Of a DNA stretch of 64,000 nt, positions 38,959-51,956 are shown in pieces (the first letter of the stretch is position 1; every line of letters begins with the position of its first letter). The notes below the pieces were generated by a model. The model saw only the letters and a list, made by a program, of their open reading frames with translations. It had not been told where the DNA came from and did no database searches. The translations under genes were made by a program, and so were the position numbers. The stretch lies in NCBI GenBank assembly GCA_965153285.1, contig OZ229111.1; one strand, 5' to 3'. This DNA comes from Podarcis tiliguerta (lineage: Eukaryota).

Positions 38959-39459
38959 ATGAAAGAGGAAAGCATGTGCCCAGATTCGCCGGAGGGGAGC
39001 TTGGTGACCAGCGAGGAGGAGAGCGAGAGGGTCCCCAAAAAAGGCCTGCGCAAGAGGACCCAACTAGGCAAGCCCTTGGCCTCGGCTCCCCTGCAGGAGT
39101 GCAGTGCCCCCTCGCCCCAGGGGAAGCGCAGCAAGCGCAGCCCGGTGCCACAGACCTTCGAGGACATGCACACGCAGCGGGTGATTGCCAACGTGCGGGA
39201 GCGCCAGCGCACCCAGTCGCTGAACGACGCCTTCGCTGAACTGCGCAAAATCATCCCCACGCTGCCTTCCGACAAGCTCAGCAAGATCCAGACACTCAAG
39301 CTGGCGGCGCGATACATCGACTTCCTCTACCAGGTTCTGCAGAGCGATGAGCTCGACCACAAGATCTCCAGCTGCAACTACCTGGCCCACGAGAGGCTCA
39401 GCTACGCCTTCTCCGTCTGGAGGATGGAAGGGGCCTGGTCCATGTCAGCATCCCACTGA
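38959..39459 (+). CDS. TWIST3: Twist-family bHLH transcription factor, Twist3 paralogue (166 aa)
   Basis: b[58 protein letters not shown] and WR domain [22 protein letters not shown]. The N-terminus [21 protein letters not shown] differs from TWIST1 (MMQDVSSSPVSP) and TWIST2 (MEEGSSSPVSP). Position next to SLC48A1 (HDAC7 neighbourhood) fits Twist3. The CDS is CpG-rich. Confidence 0.93.
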   Translation: MKEESMCPDSPEGSLVTSEEESERVPKKGLRKRTQLGKPLASAPLQECSAPSPQGKRSKRSPVPQTFEDMHTQRVIANVRERQRTQSLNDAFAELRKIIPTLPSDKLSKIQTLKLAARYIDFLYQVLQSDELDHKISSCNYLAHERLSYAFSVWRMEGAWSMSASH

Positions 39460-39473
39460 GACCCACCGGGAAG

Positions 39474-40439
39474 GTATGTCCTGCTCCATGCTCTTCTCCT
39501 ACCTTGCACTTCTTCTCTAGGCTGAGTTCCAAGACCAGGGCATGGTTAGCTGCAGACTGCTCTTTAACTGTAAAAAGTTGTAGTGCACATACAAAAAAAG
39601 CACAACTTTGGGCATGTGCAAAATATCTTTCCAATCGCCAGTGAACAACCATAACCAGCTGCCAGATATCTGCAACTAGGCATAAGGGCTTTCTGGTCAG
39701 AAGGTTGAAAAAACATGGTACCCTGACAGTCTTTAGATTTGAGCAGTTTTAGACTACACAATGTGGAAGTTGAAAGTGGCACATTCCTACAACCAATGGA
39801 CACATGCCTTTCTTTCATCCCACAGTCACTTCTGGTCCCCAGACCTGCTTGCCAGAAGATAGCGGGTAAGGAATAACCACACTACAGGCAAATGACTCCT
39901 CTCTCTAAGACATCAGCATAAAACAATGTGCACACTGTCATTTGTCCCCTGTAAAAAAAGTAAAAAAAAAAATCCCATGTCATTTCATAAAGACATTGAA
40001 CAGGGATACAAGAACTGCATCCTAAGCACACTTCTTTGGAAGCAAGCCCCTCTGCATTTGGTAGGACTTGCATTCGAAAGACGGTGCTTAGGACTGTGCA
40101 GCACTTTGCATGGGACTGGGGGGGAAAGGTAAACTTGGGTCAGCAACTTGGGTTGTTGTTTTGTTAGAAATAGGCCTGGGCTGTTGTTTTTTTGTCCCTC
40201 CTAATTGAGCAGTTCCTGGATTTCAGTAGCAAAATCCACCACAAACTGCTGGATATGCCAAGCAGGTGCTGGATCTCAGCTGAAACCGACATGCTTGAGC
40301 TGGGCATTTTTATGTGTTTGATTAAGCTCAACCTATATGTTCATGTGTATTCAAATTTCATGAACCATTTATTTCTATAAATGGTATTTATGTAAGCAGA
40401 AATGCCACAAATATGTATCATTTTCTGTGCCTGTTGCAG
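39474..40439 (+). other. TWIST3: Predicted intron in the twist3 3'UTR
   Basis: Donor AAG|GTATGT 14 nt after the stop codon. Candidate acceptor TTTTCTGTGCCTGTTGCAG at 40421-40439. TWIST1 and TWIST2 have the same architecture. Confidence 0.6.
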
Positions 40440-41275
40440 TGCCAGCCCAAGACGGTCTCTCTCTGCCCCTCTCTCTTGGTGCCTGAGCAGAGCTCACCGA
40501 GACCAACATTTTTGTAAAGTCTCACTTCACCATTCAGATACCGATTCCTGCCAATGGCTTGTCCACAAATCCAGATAAATTCAGAGATGGTCAGGCCCAG
40601 AAGATGCCTTTATCCTTTTAAATGAAGAGCTGGATTGTAGGGAATTAAGTACAAATTGCTTTCTGTTTTGGCTGTAGGTTGTAATCCAATGTCAGTCATA
40701 TTTAGAGTAGAGCCACTGAAATGAATCGAGAGGACTAAATTGTGCCTTCTGATTTCAGTGAGTCACTTTGGAGTACGACTGATGTTGTATACAATGTTTT
40801 ATCTTTATTTTGTGTTTGGAAGGCACACCCATTCCATATCGCCTTTATAAGCAGGCCAACAAATTTTTCACCAGGGACACATTGCATTCATCCATTTCTA
40901 ATAGAAATATAAAACCTACACTCACTGAAACGTACATTCAATCCCCCACAATTCTCCTCCATATTAAACACATTCATAATGAGACAAATAGGCATGCCAG
41001 AGCCCCAAACACACTTCATAACATGACTTGCAAAGGCATCCTGATTTTTGTATATTATGCACAAACCATCTGTCACCCTTTTCATGTTCCTGCAAGAGAA
41101 GCTAGCTCTGCTGTTCCCATTTCACAGACTTGGAAATGGAGGTTGATAAAAAGAGCCAATCGCCTGGATGCCTGTTCATGTGCCTGCCCTGGATAACAAT
41201 GGCACCTGATCATTATTTCTATGTGTGAAAATGATGTATACTTCCCTCAGAATAAAACCACACTTTTGGCATTAT
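40440..41275 (+). other. TWIST3: Predicted non-coding terminal exon of twist3, with polyA signal AATAAA at 41251-41256
   Basis: Follows the candidate acceptor. AU-rich with TGTA elements upstream of AATAAA. Confidence 0.5.
40670..40795. mobile_element. Short palindromic MITE-like repeat (family members also at about 13940, 19090, 35760, 43310, 47535)
   Basis: Imperfect palindrome AGAGTAGAGCCACTGAAAT ... ATTTCAGTGAGTCACTTTG with several similar copies in the window. Confidence 0.6.
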
Positions 41276-41379
41276 ATGGTAAATGTAAACAGCTAGCATC
41301 TCCTGCCTCCATATGTGTAATCACAAACATGGATTAAAACTGCACCACTGCAGATGTGGTTTTAAATTAGGATGCCACA

Positions 41380-41590
41380 AATAGATAAGATAAGATAAGA
41401 TAAACTTTATTCGGATTAGCCAATGGCCATAGCAACATAAAACAAGCAATATATACAAATAAAATATATACAAATAAAAAAGACAGCAATGGGTAAAAAG
41501 GGCAATCAAATGGCCAAGATTATCATTCAGATAGTGGCCCTTAATCTCATTGCACCCTTGATAAACCTAGCAACATTTGCTGTTGTCTGA
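41380..41590 (-). mobile_element. Unclassified LINE 3' end with (TATCT)n tail
   Basis: Minus strand reads ...ATGGCCATTGGCTAATCCGAATAAAGTT(TATCT)n, a polyA signal followed by a microsatellite tail. Confidence 0.5.
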
Positions 41591-44542
41591 TCATTTTTTA
41601 TGCCACAAATATTTATGTGCTCCTTGCTGCCTCAAGTAGACCTTAAATGCTACCCCACTTCCCTCTGCAGTTAGGGTCAACATTTTTAAAAGTCTCACTG
41701 AACCATTTGGACCTAAATTACTGCCTTCACCTATTCTTTTCTTGCAGAGGGCAATGAGTTCCTTTGGACATGGTTTAAAAAAACCCAAAATTCAGCCGTC
41801 TGAAGCAGCTTGCATCACTTTGCTGCATGGTATGATTGGCTCAGTTTTGGTGCATTAAACTGCAAGTTTCCTGCTGTAAATTCATAGACTGAATATTCAG
41901 GGAGCCAGTTTGTGATTATTACCATCAGATCCACACACAGCCACCCCAAATTTTTTTCAGGGTGTTGCGCAAACAAGCTAAACGCACATCGGATGTACAG
42001 CAATGATTCAAATCAGAGAGAGAAAGGCTTCTATGCTCTTGAACAGGAAACATGATGCACAGATATGCCTACCTCAGTTAATAGATGCACATGAAATGCA
42101 CTGCAGAACAAAGATTCGGATCTGCATTGCAAAACAGAATAATTGTAAATCAGCATGTGGGGAGACAGAAATACCGAGGCAGGTTTTAGACACCCCTAGT
42201 TGGCTACATTGCTTGACACCCTGACAAGTCTGCTGTGACTTTAAGGGTTTCCAGGAAGGAAGAATTTCACGAGCTGTGATCCCTTCCCCTGCCCCCCCCC
42301 CCCAACCTGGATTTCTCTCATTTAGAAACTGAAGAATCTGGTCCTGGATGCCACTAAGGTTGCCCAGGGAGTTAAAGAATGCTATAAGGTTACTTATTCA
42401 TATCAAACAGGTATCTGATGCCAAGACAAAAAAAGAAAGAAAAAAGGAAACTTGCACTAAAGTACCCCAAAATTCTGCAACAAGGAAAGCATAATTATGT
42501 GACCCATATAAGATATGGGCAAAATTTCACAACCTCTCTTCTTTTGCATCATTTATCCTACATTTTATTCTTCCTTTGCATACATTTCCCTGCACATGCT
42601 AAACATCATGAAGTGATGCAAATAACTGTGTGACAGAGCAGGGAAGCCCAGTCTTCTGGTGGCCAGAACTCTTGTTCAGCAAGCATAGTCTTGCAACCAT
42701 AAGGACTAGAAAGCTTAGGGTAGGGGAAGAGATAGAACTTAGTGGTGGTGGCGCATCTGCTTTGCGTGCAGGTGGTCCCAAGGTACAAATCCTGGCATCT
42801 CCAGGTCGTGCTGGGAAATAATTCTGTCAGAAACCTGGAGAGCCACTGGCAAGCCGTACCAAGAGTACTGCGCTTGAGCTGGATAGACCAGGCGTCTCTC
42901 TCTGCGGGAGCAGCTTCCTATGCCTTATGAAAAAAGCAAGCAAGCCAGGATTCATGTGGCCCAGTCCTTACAACTCTGCTTTCTAGTGCTTAAAGACTTG
43001 GGGCAGAGGCCCACGGCGCAACTCTGCATAATATTTGCATATGCTGATTTCTATGGATAGATGCCTCTGATAAATTGCAATGGCATGTGAGGAGCAGAGG
43101 TCTCACCAGGATGAAATAGGGAAAGTGAATATATATTTCTTTTTATAAAGGGGAGGCAGGAGATCCGAGGTCTGCTGCAAAAGACACGAGACATGGGCCC
43201 TCTAGGCCACCTCCTAAATACTCCCCTGCTCAAACGCTAAGTTCCACTGCACTTTAGGGCTACCAAAACTCCAAGTAAGCATGCAGAGGATGGAAGCTTT
43301 CAGAAATGAAGGCTGCAATCTTGCACACATTTAGATGGTTAGTTAAGTCCCATGGAATTCATTGGGACTTACTTCCAAGTGAAGCTGCACAGAAATGTGC
43401 TACAAACTCCACAGTCAATATTCCAATACCCCCCCCCCCCCAGTGAGGAGAGGTTTCTGCAGAATGCTGCTTGACATTTTAAAAGACAACCCCGTCCACC
43501 TCCGATCATTCTGTTGACTTCTTCAGTATACAGCCTGCTTTTCTGGACCAGCTGCTCCCCAAAGCAGCTGACCAACACCTTTATAAAAATGGGAACATTT
43601 GATTTCAAATTGAAAACTAGCAAGCAGAAATATATATCAAAATCAATGCTTGTAAAAACAGGAAATGGCATCAATTCTTCAAAATAATGAGAAATGATTG
43701 AATTAAGTAGCTTGCCCTGTCCTCCTAATGGGGTCAATGGAACAAATTTGATGCATCACCCTGCCAACACCCTGCAAAGGAATTTCAGAACCATGTAGGT
43801 GCAACCCTGGAAATGCCAAATCTTACCTCGGACAGTGGCATCATCCGCAAAAGTGTACATTCAAAAGCGCACACTCCAGGATCAGCTCTGCACATGCTGG
43901 AACAATCTTCTTGGTTAGCATGTCCCATCCATGGCTTAAGCCCCTGGGATGGGATGAAAACAAAACAGGGCAATTAATGCTGAAGAAAACGGTGATTGCT
44001 CTTTGAGATTGCTGCAGGCAGAGTATCACCCGGAAAGAGGAAAGTATATCAGACCTAGCCTGATCTCTGACCCTGTGGCTACTCTCTCCCACAGGGCAAT
44101 AACCTCTCATGATGCCCCCCCCCTTTGGCTCAGCCCCCTTTTATTATACAACAGTGAATTCAGTTTTTGTTTTCTGCCATATGTTGGAAAAATATTGTCT
44201 GCTGCCGGAGGAAGGAGAGCTGAAGCATGGGGGGGGGGGGAAATCTAACCAACCTGAGAGTCTTTCCCCTTGGCCCCTCAACCTTCAGGATGAGTCTGGG
44301 TAACATTAGCTCCGGGGTCATTCAGTCAGGAGGACAACACCCCTCAGCTGGGCTACAGTTAGAACTGATGGAAGCCCGAGACTGATGGCCTATGGAGGTT
44401 TCCATTTTCTCTAGGTTGGTTCTCACTTCGTACCTTGACAATGATCATGGGCACCTTGCAAGCCAGCGCAAAGTACTTACAGTAAGTTCCAAATATATAC
44501 AGCACGTACTGGATTTTTGTAGCCTATGAGTCCCATGATATA

Positions 44543-44896
44543 GGGACACGGGTGGCACTGTGGGTTAAACCACAGAGGCTAGGACTTGCCGATCAGAAGG
44601 TCGGCGGTTCAAATCCCCGTGACGGGGTGAGCTCCCGTTGCTCGGTCCCTGCTCCTGCCAACCTAGCAATTCGAAAGCACGTCAAAGTGCAAGTAGATAA
44701 ATAGGTACTGCTCTGGCAGGAAGGTAAACGGCGTATTCGTGCGCTGCTCTGGTTCACCAGAAGCAGCTTAGTCCTGCTGGCCACATGACCCGGAAGCTGT
44801 ACGCCGGCTCCCTCGGCCAGTAAAGCGAGATGAGCGTCGCAACCCCAGAGTTGGCCACAACTGGACCTAATGGTCAGGGGTCCCTTTACCTTTACT
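44543..44896 (+). mobile_element. Full-length Sauria SINE (lacertid POM/Squam1 type) with 12-bp TSD
   Basis: GGGACACGGGTGGCACTGTGGGTTAAACC (A box), GGTTCAAATCCC (B box), GTGCAAGTAGATAAATAGGTAC body and CCTTTACCTTTAC tail. TSD TCCCATGATATA (44531-44542) and TCCCATGATCTA (44900-44911). Confidence 0.93.
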
Positions 44897-45412
44897 AAAT
44901 CCCATGATCTATGTGCTCAGTCCTTCCATTAGAATCAATGGGGCTTAAGTAGCAGCTAACATTGGCCAGGCTGTGAGTGCATAAGGAACAATCCTCAGTC
45001 CTGCTCAGATCCATCAGTATTGCTACCCGAGTAAGCAGCATCTGATTGGGGCAAACAACTCTCACAAATCCAAAGCACAGGGGGAAATAAAGAGAAGTCC
45101 CCTAATCAGACTTTAGGCAAGGAAATCTTGGAGCACTTTGTGCTCCTGGATGCTGCAAATAGGTTCTTTCTGCTCTTGAAATTCTGTTAGAAAGGCTGGA
45201 GCTGCACAAGCTGTGGGAGACTTCTGTGTTAGTAGACTTCTGTGTTATGCCACAGGCCTGGTTCCCCAACTGAAGCACCCATTCACTTCAATGGGACTTG
45301 CGAAGGTCGTGCTTTAGGACTTCTTGTCTGCACTGCCGAATTAGTGCATGCCCAGTGTCCCCTTCTCCACTTGTCCTGTGGCTCCTTCGCTGTGCCACAT
45401 GCAGCAGAAGAG

Positions 45413-45600
45413 CCGTAGCACAAAGACGGAGCATCTGCTTTGCACGCAAAAGGTCCCATGTTCAGTTTCTGGCATTTCCTGGTACGGCTGGGAGAAACCT
45501 CAATCCAAAATGCTGGAGAGCTGCTGCCAATTAGTGTAGACAATACTGAGCTAGATGGGCCAACGGTATGACTTTGGAGAAGGCAGCTTCTTGTGGTCCT
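45413..45600 (+). mobile_element. Old tRNA-headed SINE relic (similar copies at about 8665, 8890, 42735, 60030; minus-strand copies at about 1135, 46670)
   Basis: GAGCATCTGCTTTGCACGCAAAAGGTCCCATGTTCAGTTTCTGGCATTTCC-type head, repeated across the window. Confidence 0.6.
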
Positions 45601-48600
45601 GGGCTCACCCTAGATTCACTACACTACATTTGAATTTCAGATGTTTTCAGGAGGAAAGTTGGTGGAACCACCTGCCACCTGGTTCCCATTTAACCACCTG
45701 GGTCCTTTGGTTTAAGTGGCATTTTGCTTATTTATTTTCCCACTTAATTTATTTTCCTCTGGACTGTTGCCATTTTTAAACCTGCCAATCAATCAACTCA
45801 TGGCAGTGAGCGCATAAGGAGCAAAATGACTTCAGTTTTAAAAAACAAAAGATGAAGCTGTATTGCAACAAAAATAGCAAAACCAATACACGGTGAGCTA
45901 AATTCAGAGCCATCTAACCCATCCATGCTCACTATTAAAATGAAAGAGCAAGCAAAGCATTTCCCTGCCACCTCCAAAATGTAGCAAGTCTTGCATTCCA
46001 TCAAGTTACCGATGGGAGAATGTTTCAGAACAAGATTAGAGAAGTCCTGCAATGCAGAACATCGAAAGCTACTTTATACCGAGTCAGACCACTGGCCCAT
46101 CTATTTAAATTTACTGCCTTTATATCCCAGCCTCTTTTCATCATGGAACTCAATGTGTCCTGCATTGGACTCCCAGGTGGTCACCCATTCAGGTACTAAA
46201 CAGACCCAGACCTGCCTAGCTGCCGCCAGGTGTCTGCCTCACGTACCTTTAGGCCAAACCCTGGCATCTAGCTCAGTACTGCCTCTAGCAGCTCTCACTG
46301 TTCCCTGAAGACCAAGGGAGGAGCAGAAACACTGTCTCTTGATCTTCAGAAAATAGTCCCTACAGAGCAAGAGACCTCACCTGTCCTCCTCATCACTGCG
46401 CTGGGCTGGGCCAGGAGAGGAACCTCTCCTCCTAGCTTAGCACTGCAACAGGAACATCACTGCTGCTAGAAGATTTTTGCACACAGGAAAGAGGATGGTG
46501 CCACACCAGAGGGAGATGGTGCACCTTTGCACGAACATTGGGGGGAAGAGAAGGAGGTGCCTGATTTTGGGAAAGGGCTGCTAGGCCACCAGAAGTAGCT
46601 TTGCAGCCTTTAGATATACCTGGGCCATATGCAGACTGTGGGTTCACCACCCCTGCGGTAGAGTCTCAGGTGAGGTTTTCCCCCCCAGCCCTCCGTGGAG
46701 ATGGCAGAGGCTGAAGTGGAGATCTTCTGCTGGCAAAGCTGGTGCTCTTCCAACAAATGATGGTTCTTTCCTAGAACAGATTTGAAATGAACAGCTGTGA
46801 TGGATACTAATTTGATTAACCATAGTATTTGTTGCTACTGGATTTAAAACCAAAACCAAAATGCGCAAACCTTACAAATACAAGTTGGGGTCTATAGGGG
46901 GTGGGATTCGCTGGATGTATGTTGCATCATCAAGGGGTGGAATCTGGAGAAACGGCCCTCAAATAGGCTCTAGTGTACCAACAGGGTGATTTTCCTTCTC
47001 CTTTAGTTATTTCTGGTGCAATCAAGCGTATGCATGCTCACTCAGAAGTTAAGTCCCACTGTGTTCAATGGAGCTCAATGCCAATAAAGTGTGCACAGGA
47101 TCTTAACCTCAAACTGAGAACTGGACTACAATCCCAAGGAAATTGGGAATGTGTGTGTGGAAAGTGTCTCAGAAAATGCATGCCAGGTTACAGCAGGCAT
47201 CCCCAAAGGCCAGTTCCATCCCCACTTTTAGTCTGCTTGCTGAAGGGAAGCCAATAGTAGGTGGCCCAGATTAGGTGGAAGTCAGTCCCCAACCTTCATG
47301 ATCACATATGGTGCCAATGCTTCATTGAAGCATGTAGGAAGCACATATCAGTTTTGGGCTGGCAAACATCATTTTGACTTAAATGTTTTCCTGCAACACT
47401 CTCCCCCCACCTGCTGCATGCTCCCAGCACACGCACAAACACATGCTCACTTTCCCATACTTTAATTATTACCCAAGTTTATGTATCAAAGTGATTCTGA
47501 ATAAGAGAATACCACATACCTTATCAACAATTGGTGCTATTCAACCAAGTGTCACTTAGAGTAGACCCCCTTGAAACTGATGAGCATAACAAACTTAAGG
47601 TCATTTAATTCCAGTAGATCTACCCTGAGCAAAATTTAGCCGCATAACACCTATCATGAAATTCAGAATAAAATGAATCACAGTACATAGCTCTGAGGTC
47701 ACATTTCAGGGAAAGCCTCCGAAAAGAAAAATACCAAAGCAAGAGTCTGAAGCTTAACACGGCTGGTGCTTGCCTAATATAAGTAGGAAAGGTGTTTCAT
47801 AAGGCAGGTGCTGCAACACCTTGCTCCCGATTATCTTGGAGTGGACATCAAGAGCACAGGGCTCTGCTCAAAAGGTTTCTCCTGACAAACAAGGTGACTG
47901 GACAGAAGCACATGGCGTAAGGCATTCCATGAGATATTAATACCACTAGGATGTGGGAGAAGTTCCATATTGTTTGCATTTTAATAAGAGACTACCTAAT
48001 TCACACTCCTTGAATCCAAACACAAGAAATTTGGACTTTTCTGAATTTTGCAATGCAGTTCCCCAACCTAATAATGGGTACAAAATTCATATATTCAGGG
48101 GAAATGTGCATAAATGCATACATTCGTGAAAACACCACAGAAAAAATGCATTACATTAGGTGAAATTGCTTGCAATAATGTTAGGTGAACTTCACACAAA
48201 AATGCTGACAATTTTTTCATGTTGTTGTTTTTTTAAAAAAAGAAACCCGAATGGCTGCCGGAATGTGGAAAGCTGAATTTAAGGTTGCAAAGATGAGAAA
48301 TTGAGGCAAAACAAAACGGACATATTTGTCAATCCTTAATATCACCCATGCCACCCAAAGCTACCAAAAATGTTTTAAAAAGCAAGAATTCCATGAAAAT
48401 AAAGGGCACAAACTGCCAATGCCCCATTTATGTTCCCAGAAGGAATTAGCATGTATATGAGAGGGTGCTCAGAAATCATGACGGAGCACCGGGGAGGGGG
48501 CTGCTATATAACTCAGACCCTAGAGAAGTATAGGCTTGTCCCTGTGTGATGAAGCCGAAGCCTCTCAGATCTGGGTTTGGTTCTCAGTGGGTTGTGTTGT

Positions 48601-49245
48601 TGCTGTTGTTGTTAAACCTAGGATAGTGGGTGCTTTTGGACTTTAGCACTTCCTGCCAGGATCACACATATATTCAAGTAGATGCCGATAACGCCCTTTG
48701 CGCAATAAGAATGCATCTTCATAACTCACCATAAAAGAAAAAGGCTACGTTGCAATAAATAACATGGCTAAACAGTGCTATTGCATAACGGATCCATTTC
48801 CAGTAAAGAAATAAGTAGGACTTTGTGTGGTAAGATAAAAACCACTCGGCAGTGATGTTGTATAACGTCTGCACAAATTCCGTGAAAGCAAATCGAAGAG
48901 ATTACTCAACGTTCGCTTTGTCTGGAAGTGACCACTGGCTCCTTTCCAGGGTTTGCATTTGATTGAAGGCAAAAACCCATTTCTTCTGAAGTGAAATTCC
49001 AGTCATCCCTCGGCTGGAACCCTGGAAAGCCCCTGCCAGCCTGTGTGGACAGCGCTGAACTAAATGGACCAATGGGTCTGATGTGATACAAGGCACGTTC
49101 CTGCGTCTGCGGGGCAGGCTGCAGTTAATGAAGGAAAGGCACCAGGTGCACAGGTGGCAGAAAGTTTTGTCATTATGCTTAATAAATTCCCAAGTTGTCC
49201 CCAGGCATTCAAAACAAGTTTCACAGATAATGTTCCAGCAAACTA

Positions 49246-49714
49246 CAGGGGTAGCTTGGGTTACAAACTCAGCTAACCTAGACGTAGTGTTGTTGTTGTT
49301 GTTGTTTAGTCGTGTCCGACTCTTCGTGACCCCCTGGACCAGAGCACGCCAGGCACTCCTGTCTTCCACTGCCTCCCGCAGTTTGGTCAGGCTCATGTTC
49401 GTAGCTTCGAGAACACTGTCCAGCCATCTCGTCCTCTGTCGTCCCCTTCTCCCTGTGCCCTCCATCTTTCCCAACATCAGGGTCTTTTCCAGGGAGTCTT
49501 CTCTTCTCATGAGGTGACCAAAGTTTGGAGCCTCAGCTTCAGGATCTGTCCTTGGGTTAAGAACTTTGCCCCGGGATGAGAACGGAAATCATGTGCTGGC
49601 AGCACGGCAGCAGCGGGAGACCCCATTAGCAAAAGCGCTCCCCAGGTTAAGAACAGTTTCAGGTTTAGAACGGACCTCCGGAACGAATTAAGTTTGTAAC
49701 CCAAGGTACCACTG
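49246..49714. mobile_element. Tigger-like MITE (same family as 16930-17155) split by a Bov-B insertion
   Basis: Left part TA|CAGGGGTAGCTTGGGTTACA..GCTAACCTAGA (49246-49288) and right part CTTGGGTTAAGAACTTTGC...CCAAGGTACCACTG|TA (49551-49714). Confidence 0.8.
49289..49550 (-). mobile_element. Bov-B LINE 3' fragment
   Basis: Encodes MRREDSLEKTLMLGKMEGTGRRGRQRTRWLDSVLEATNMSL and has a (CAA)n tail. Confidence 0.93.
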
Positions 49715-51956
49715 TATAGCTCAATTCAAGTCTTTACTGTGGGGCCAGAATCTGGCCTGATTCACATATCACTTATCTTTAGGCAGGCAAGCCTCAGGGG
49801 GATGCTGGATTCTATACTAATCTCTCTTTTCACTCTCTCTCTTCTCTCTCTCTCTCTCTCTCTCTCTCCTCCTATGCATTGTGCAAGTTTAGACTTAAGA
49901 TACAAGCAGCCCTAGCCTGCTAATTCTGGAGGGATGTGGCCTGGGTGACGCAGCAGGCCTCCTTGCCTCCTGATGCAGCTAGCCAGACACAAGAAGCAAA
50001 ACGAAACTAGGATACATTCCCACGGCCTGTGTACTCAGCATCTCCCTCCCTCAGGCCCCTGCTCCCCACCCTTCATGGCAGGCAAGAAGGGGCAAGCAAA
50101 AGGGCCACGGAAGGAAGAGGCAGGGCCACAGCTACCTTTTCTCTCTTTTTAAATCAACATATTAAAGGGCAATGAAGTGGCAAGCCTGCGGCAAGGGTCG
50201 GTGCAGCGCATGGAACATGTGAAGTCTGTGCCCAGAGGGCTTATGGTCCATCTACATCAGGGATGGGGAACATCTTGCTCTCCAGATGTTGCAGGACTCC
50301 ACCTCCCATCAGCCCCAGTCAGAAAGACCAAGGCTTATTAGAGGGTGATGCTGGGAGCCGTTGTCTAGCAACTTCTGGAAGCTTCCCCACTCAGGTCAGC
50401 ATTAGCTGCACAGATATCTAGTGAACTGGGAGATTCGATCAGTGATTCTCAAAGGATGTGGCAGGAGAGGATGACAAGTGTGGCGGGATACTTTTTCAAA
50501 ATGAGAGCAAGAGCACTGGCTATTCTTCTACAGTTCTCCATATTGTTGTGAACAGGGATGTTCAACTTGGACAAATATGAAAGACTGGAAAAGAGAAAGG
50601 CTTCTTTCTCTTTCTGTTGAGGAGAGAGTTTGTTTGTCTCAAGTAAGACCCAAATGTAAATGAGATTACCCAGCAAAAACACGCTCACTCCTCTCACTGA
50701 GTTTGTATACATACTTATTGCAAGAGGCTTGTTTATAATTATATTTTGGGAATGATTCATGTTCCTCTGTAGCTGCATTGTTTTATACTTTCTGGTTGTC
50801 CTGTGATCTTATTATAAAGTAGTTGGGTTCTGTGCTATAAATCATGCACTGCTGGTTGGTTGGTTGGTTGTTTGTTAACAATAAAAAATTCAGTGCGGCA
50901 CCTTTTTTTTTTTTATTCTGAAAGAGTAGCCCAGAGAAAAAACGACCAATGGATTAGATGATCAGTTTAAGGGTGGGATAGTCTCTGGACAATAGGCAGA
51001 GAAGCACAGCAAAATGGCTGCTCTGCTGGAAAGATTGTGCGAAAGCAGGTGGTGGCAGAGTGGGGTGGAGAACAGGGAGCTTGGCAAACAGCGAGCATCT
51101 CCCAGCCCAGATTGTAGCACGTCCACACTGCTACTTTTTATACCAGTTTAGCTACTAAGGTTTCTTCCCTGCGCCCCATTGTGGTTTCATTAGGGTGCTG
51201 TGCTAATCCCAAACACCCTCTAAGCTACAGTTCCCAGGGCTATGGGGGGGGGAGGCAGGGGGGAGAGAAGCGGGAATGGCTGTTGGTCATACATGTCAGC
51301 TCAATACGGCACGTTTTACTTGAATGTCTCTTCCACTCCAGCTCATCATATTTAGCCCTGCCACTGTGCTTCAAAGTGCTCAGAGCACTTCACAGATCTC
51401 CTATGAAGATTTCCTATGAAACGAATGAAGCTTAAAGCTTCAGGGCCCCGATCCTAGAGGCAGTGGTGGAGCATTCTTTGCTGGCACCCAGGGCAGGTAC
51501 GTGTGTGCCAGGTGCGGGAGCTGCCTTGTGGGGGGAGGGCGCACTGCTGGAACGATCCCCAGCCACCGGAGCTAAGTGGGGCCGCACTGCACTGCACTGC
51601 CTGCCCAGCCAGTGCCACCCTGCTTTGAGGAGTGTACTCACGGCGCCCTACAAGCCCAGCACCACTTTGCAAGACTTGCAAAAACAGTGCAGGATGGCAG
51701 GGTGCGTGCCTGTTGCGTCCTTCTCACCCACTCTCCAGCTGGATGACATTGTGAGGAATACCCCCTCCCAAAAAAACCCTGCACCTGGGGTGATGGTGCC
51801 CCAGACTTGCCCATGCTACACCTCCACCAGATTGGAGCCGCAGCCGAGAAAGCCCTGGCTCTAGTTGAGGCCAGCCTAACCTCTCTGAGGCCTGGGACCT
51901 TCAGGATGTTTTTATTTGCAGACCGTAGGTTCCTCTGTGGGGCATACCACAGAGGC

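Noticed and set aside
38846-39390. Antisense and alternative-frame ORFs over twist3
   Set aside because: Shadow ORFs expected from a GC-rich coding sequence.
48902-49517. 202-aa and 144-aa ORFs
   Set aside because: Bov-B 3' end reading through a (CAA)n tail into flanking DNA.
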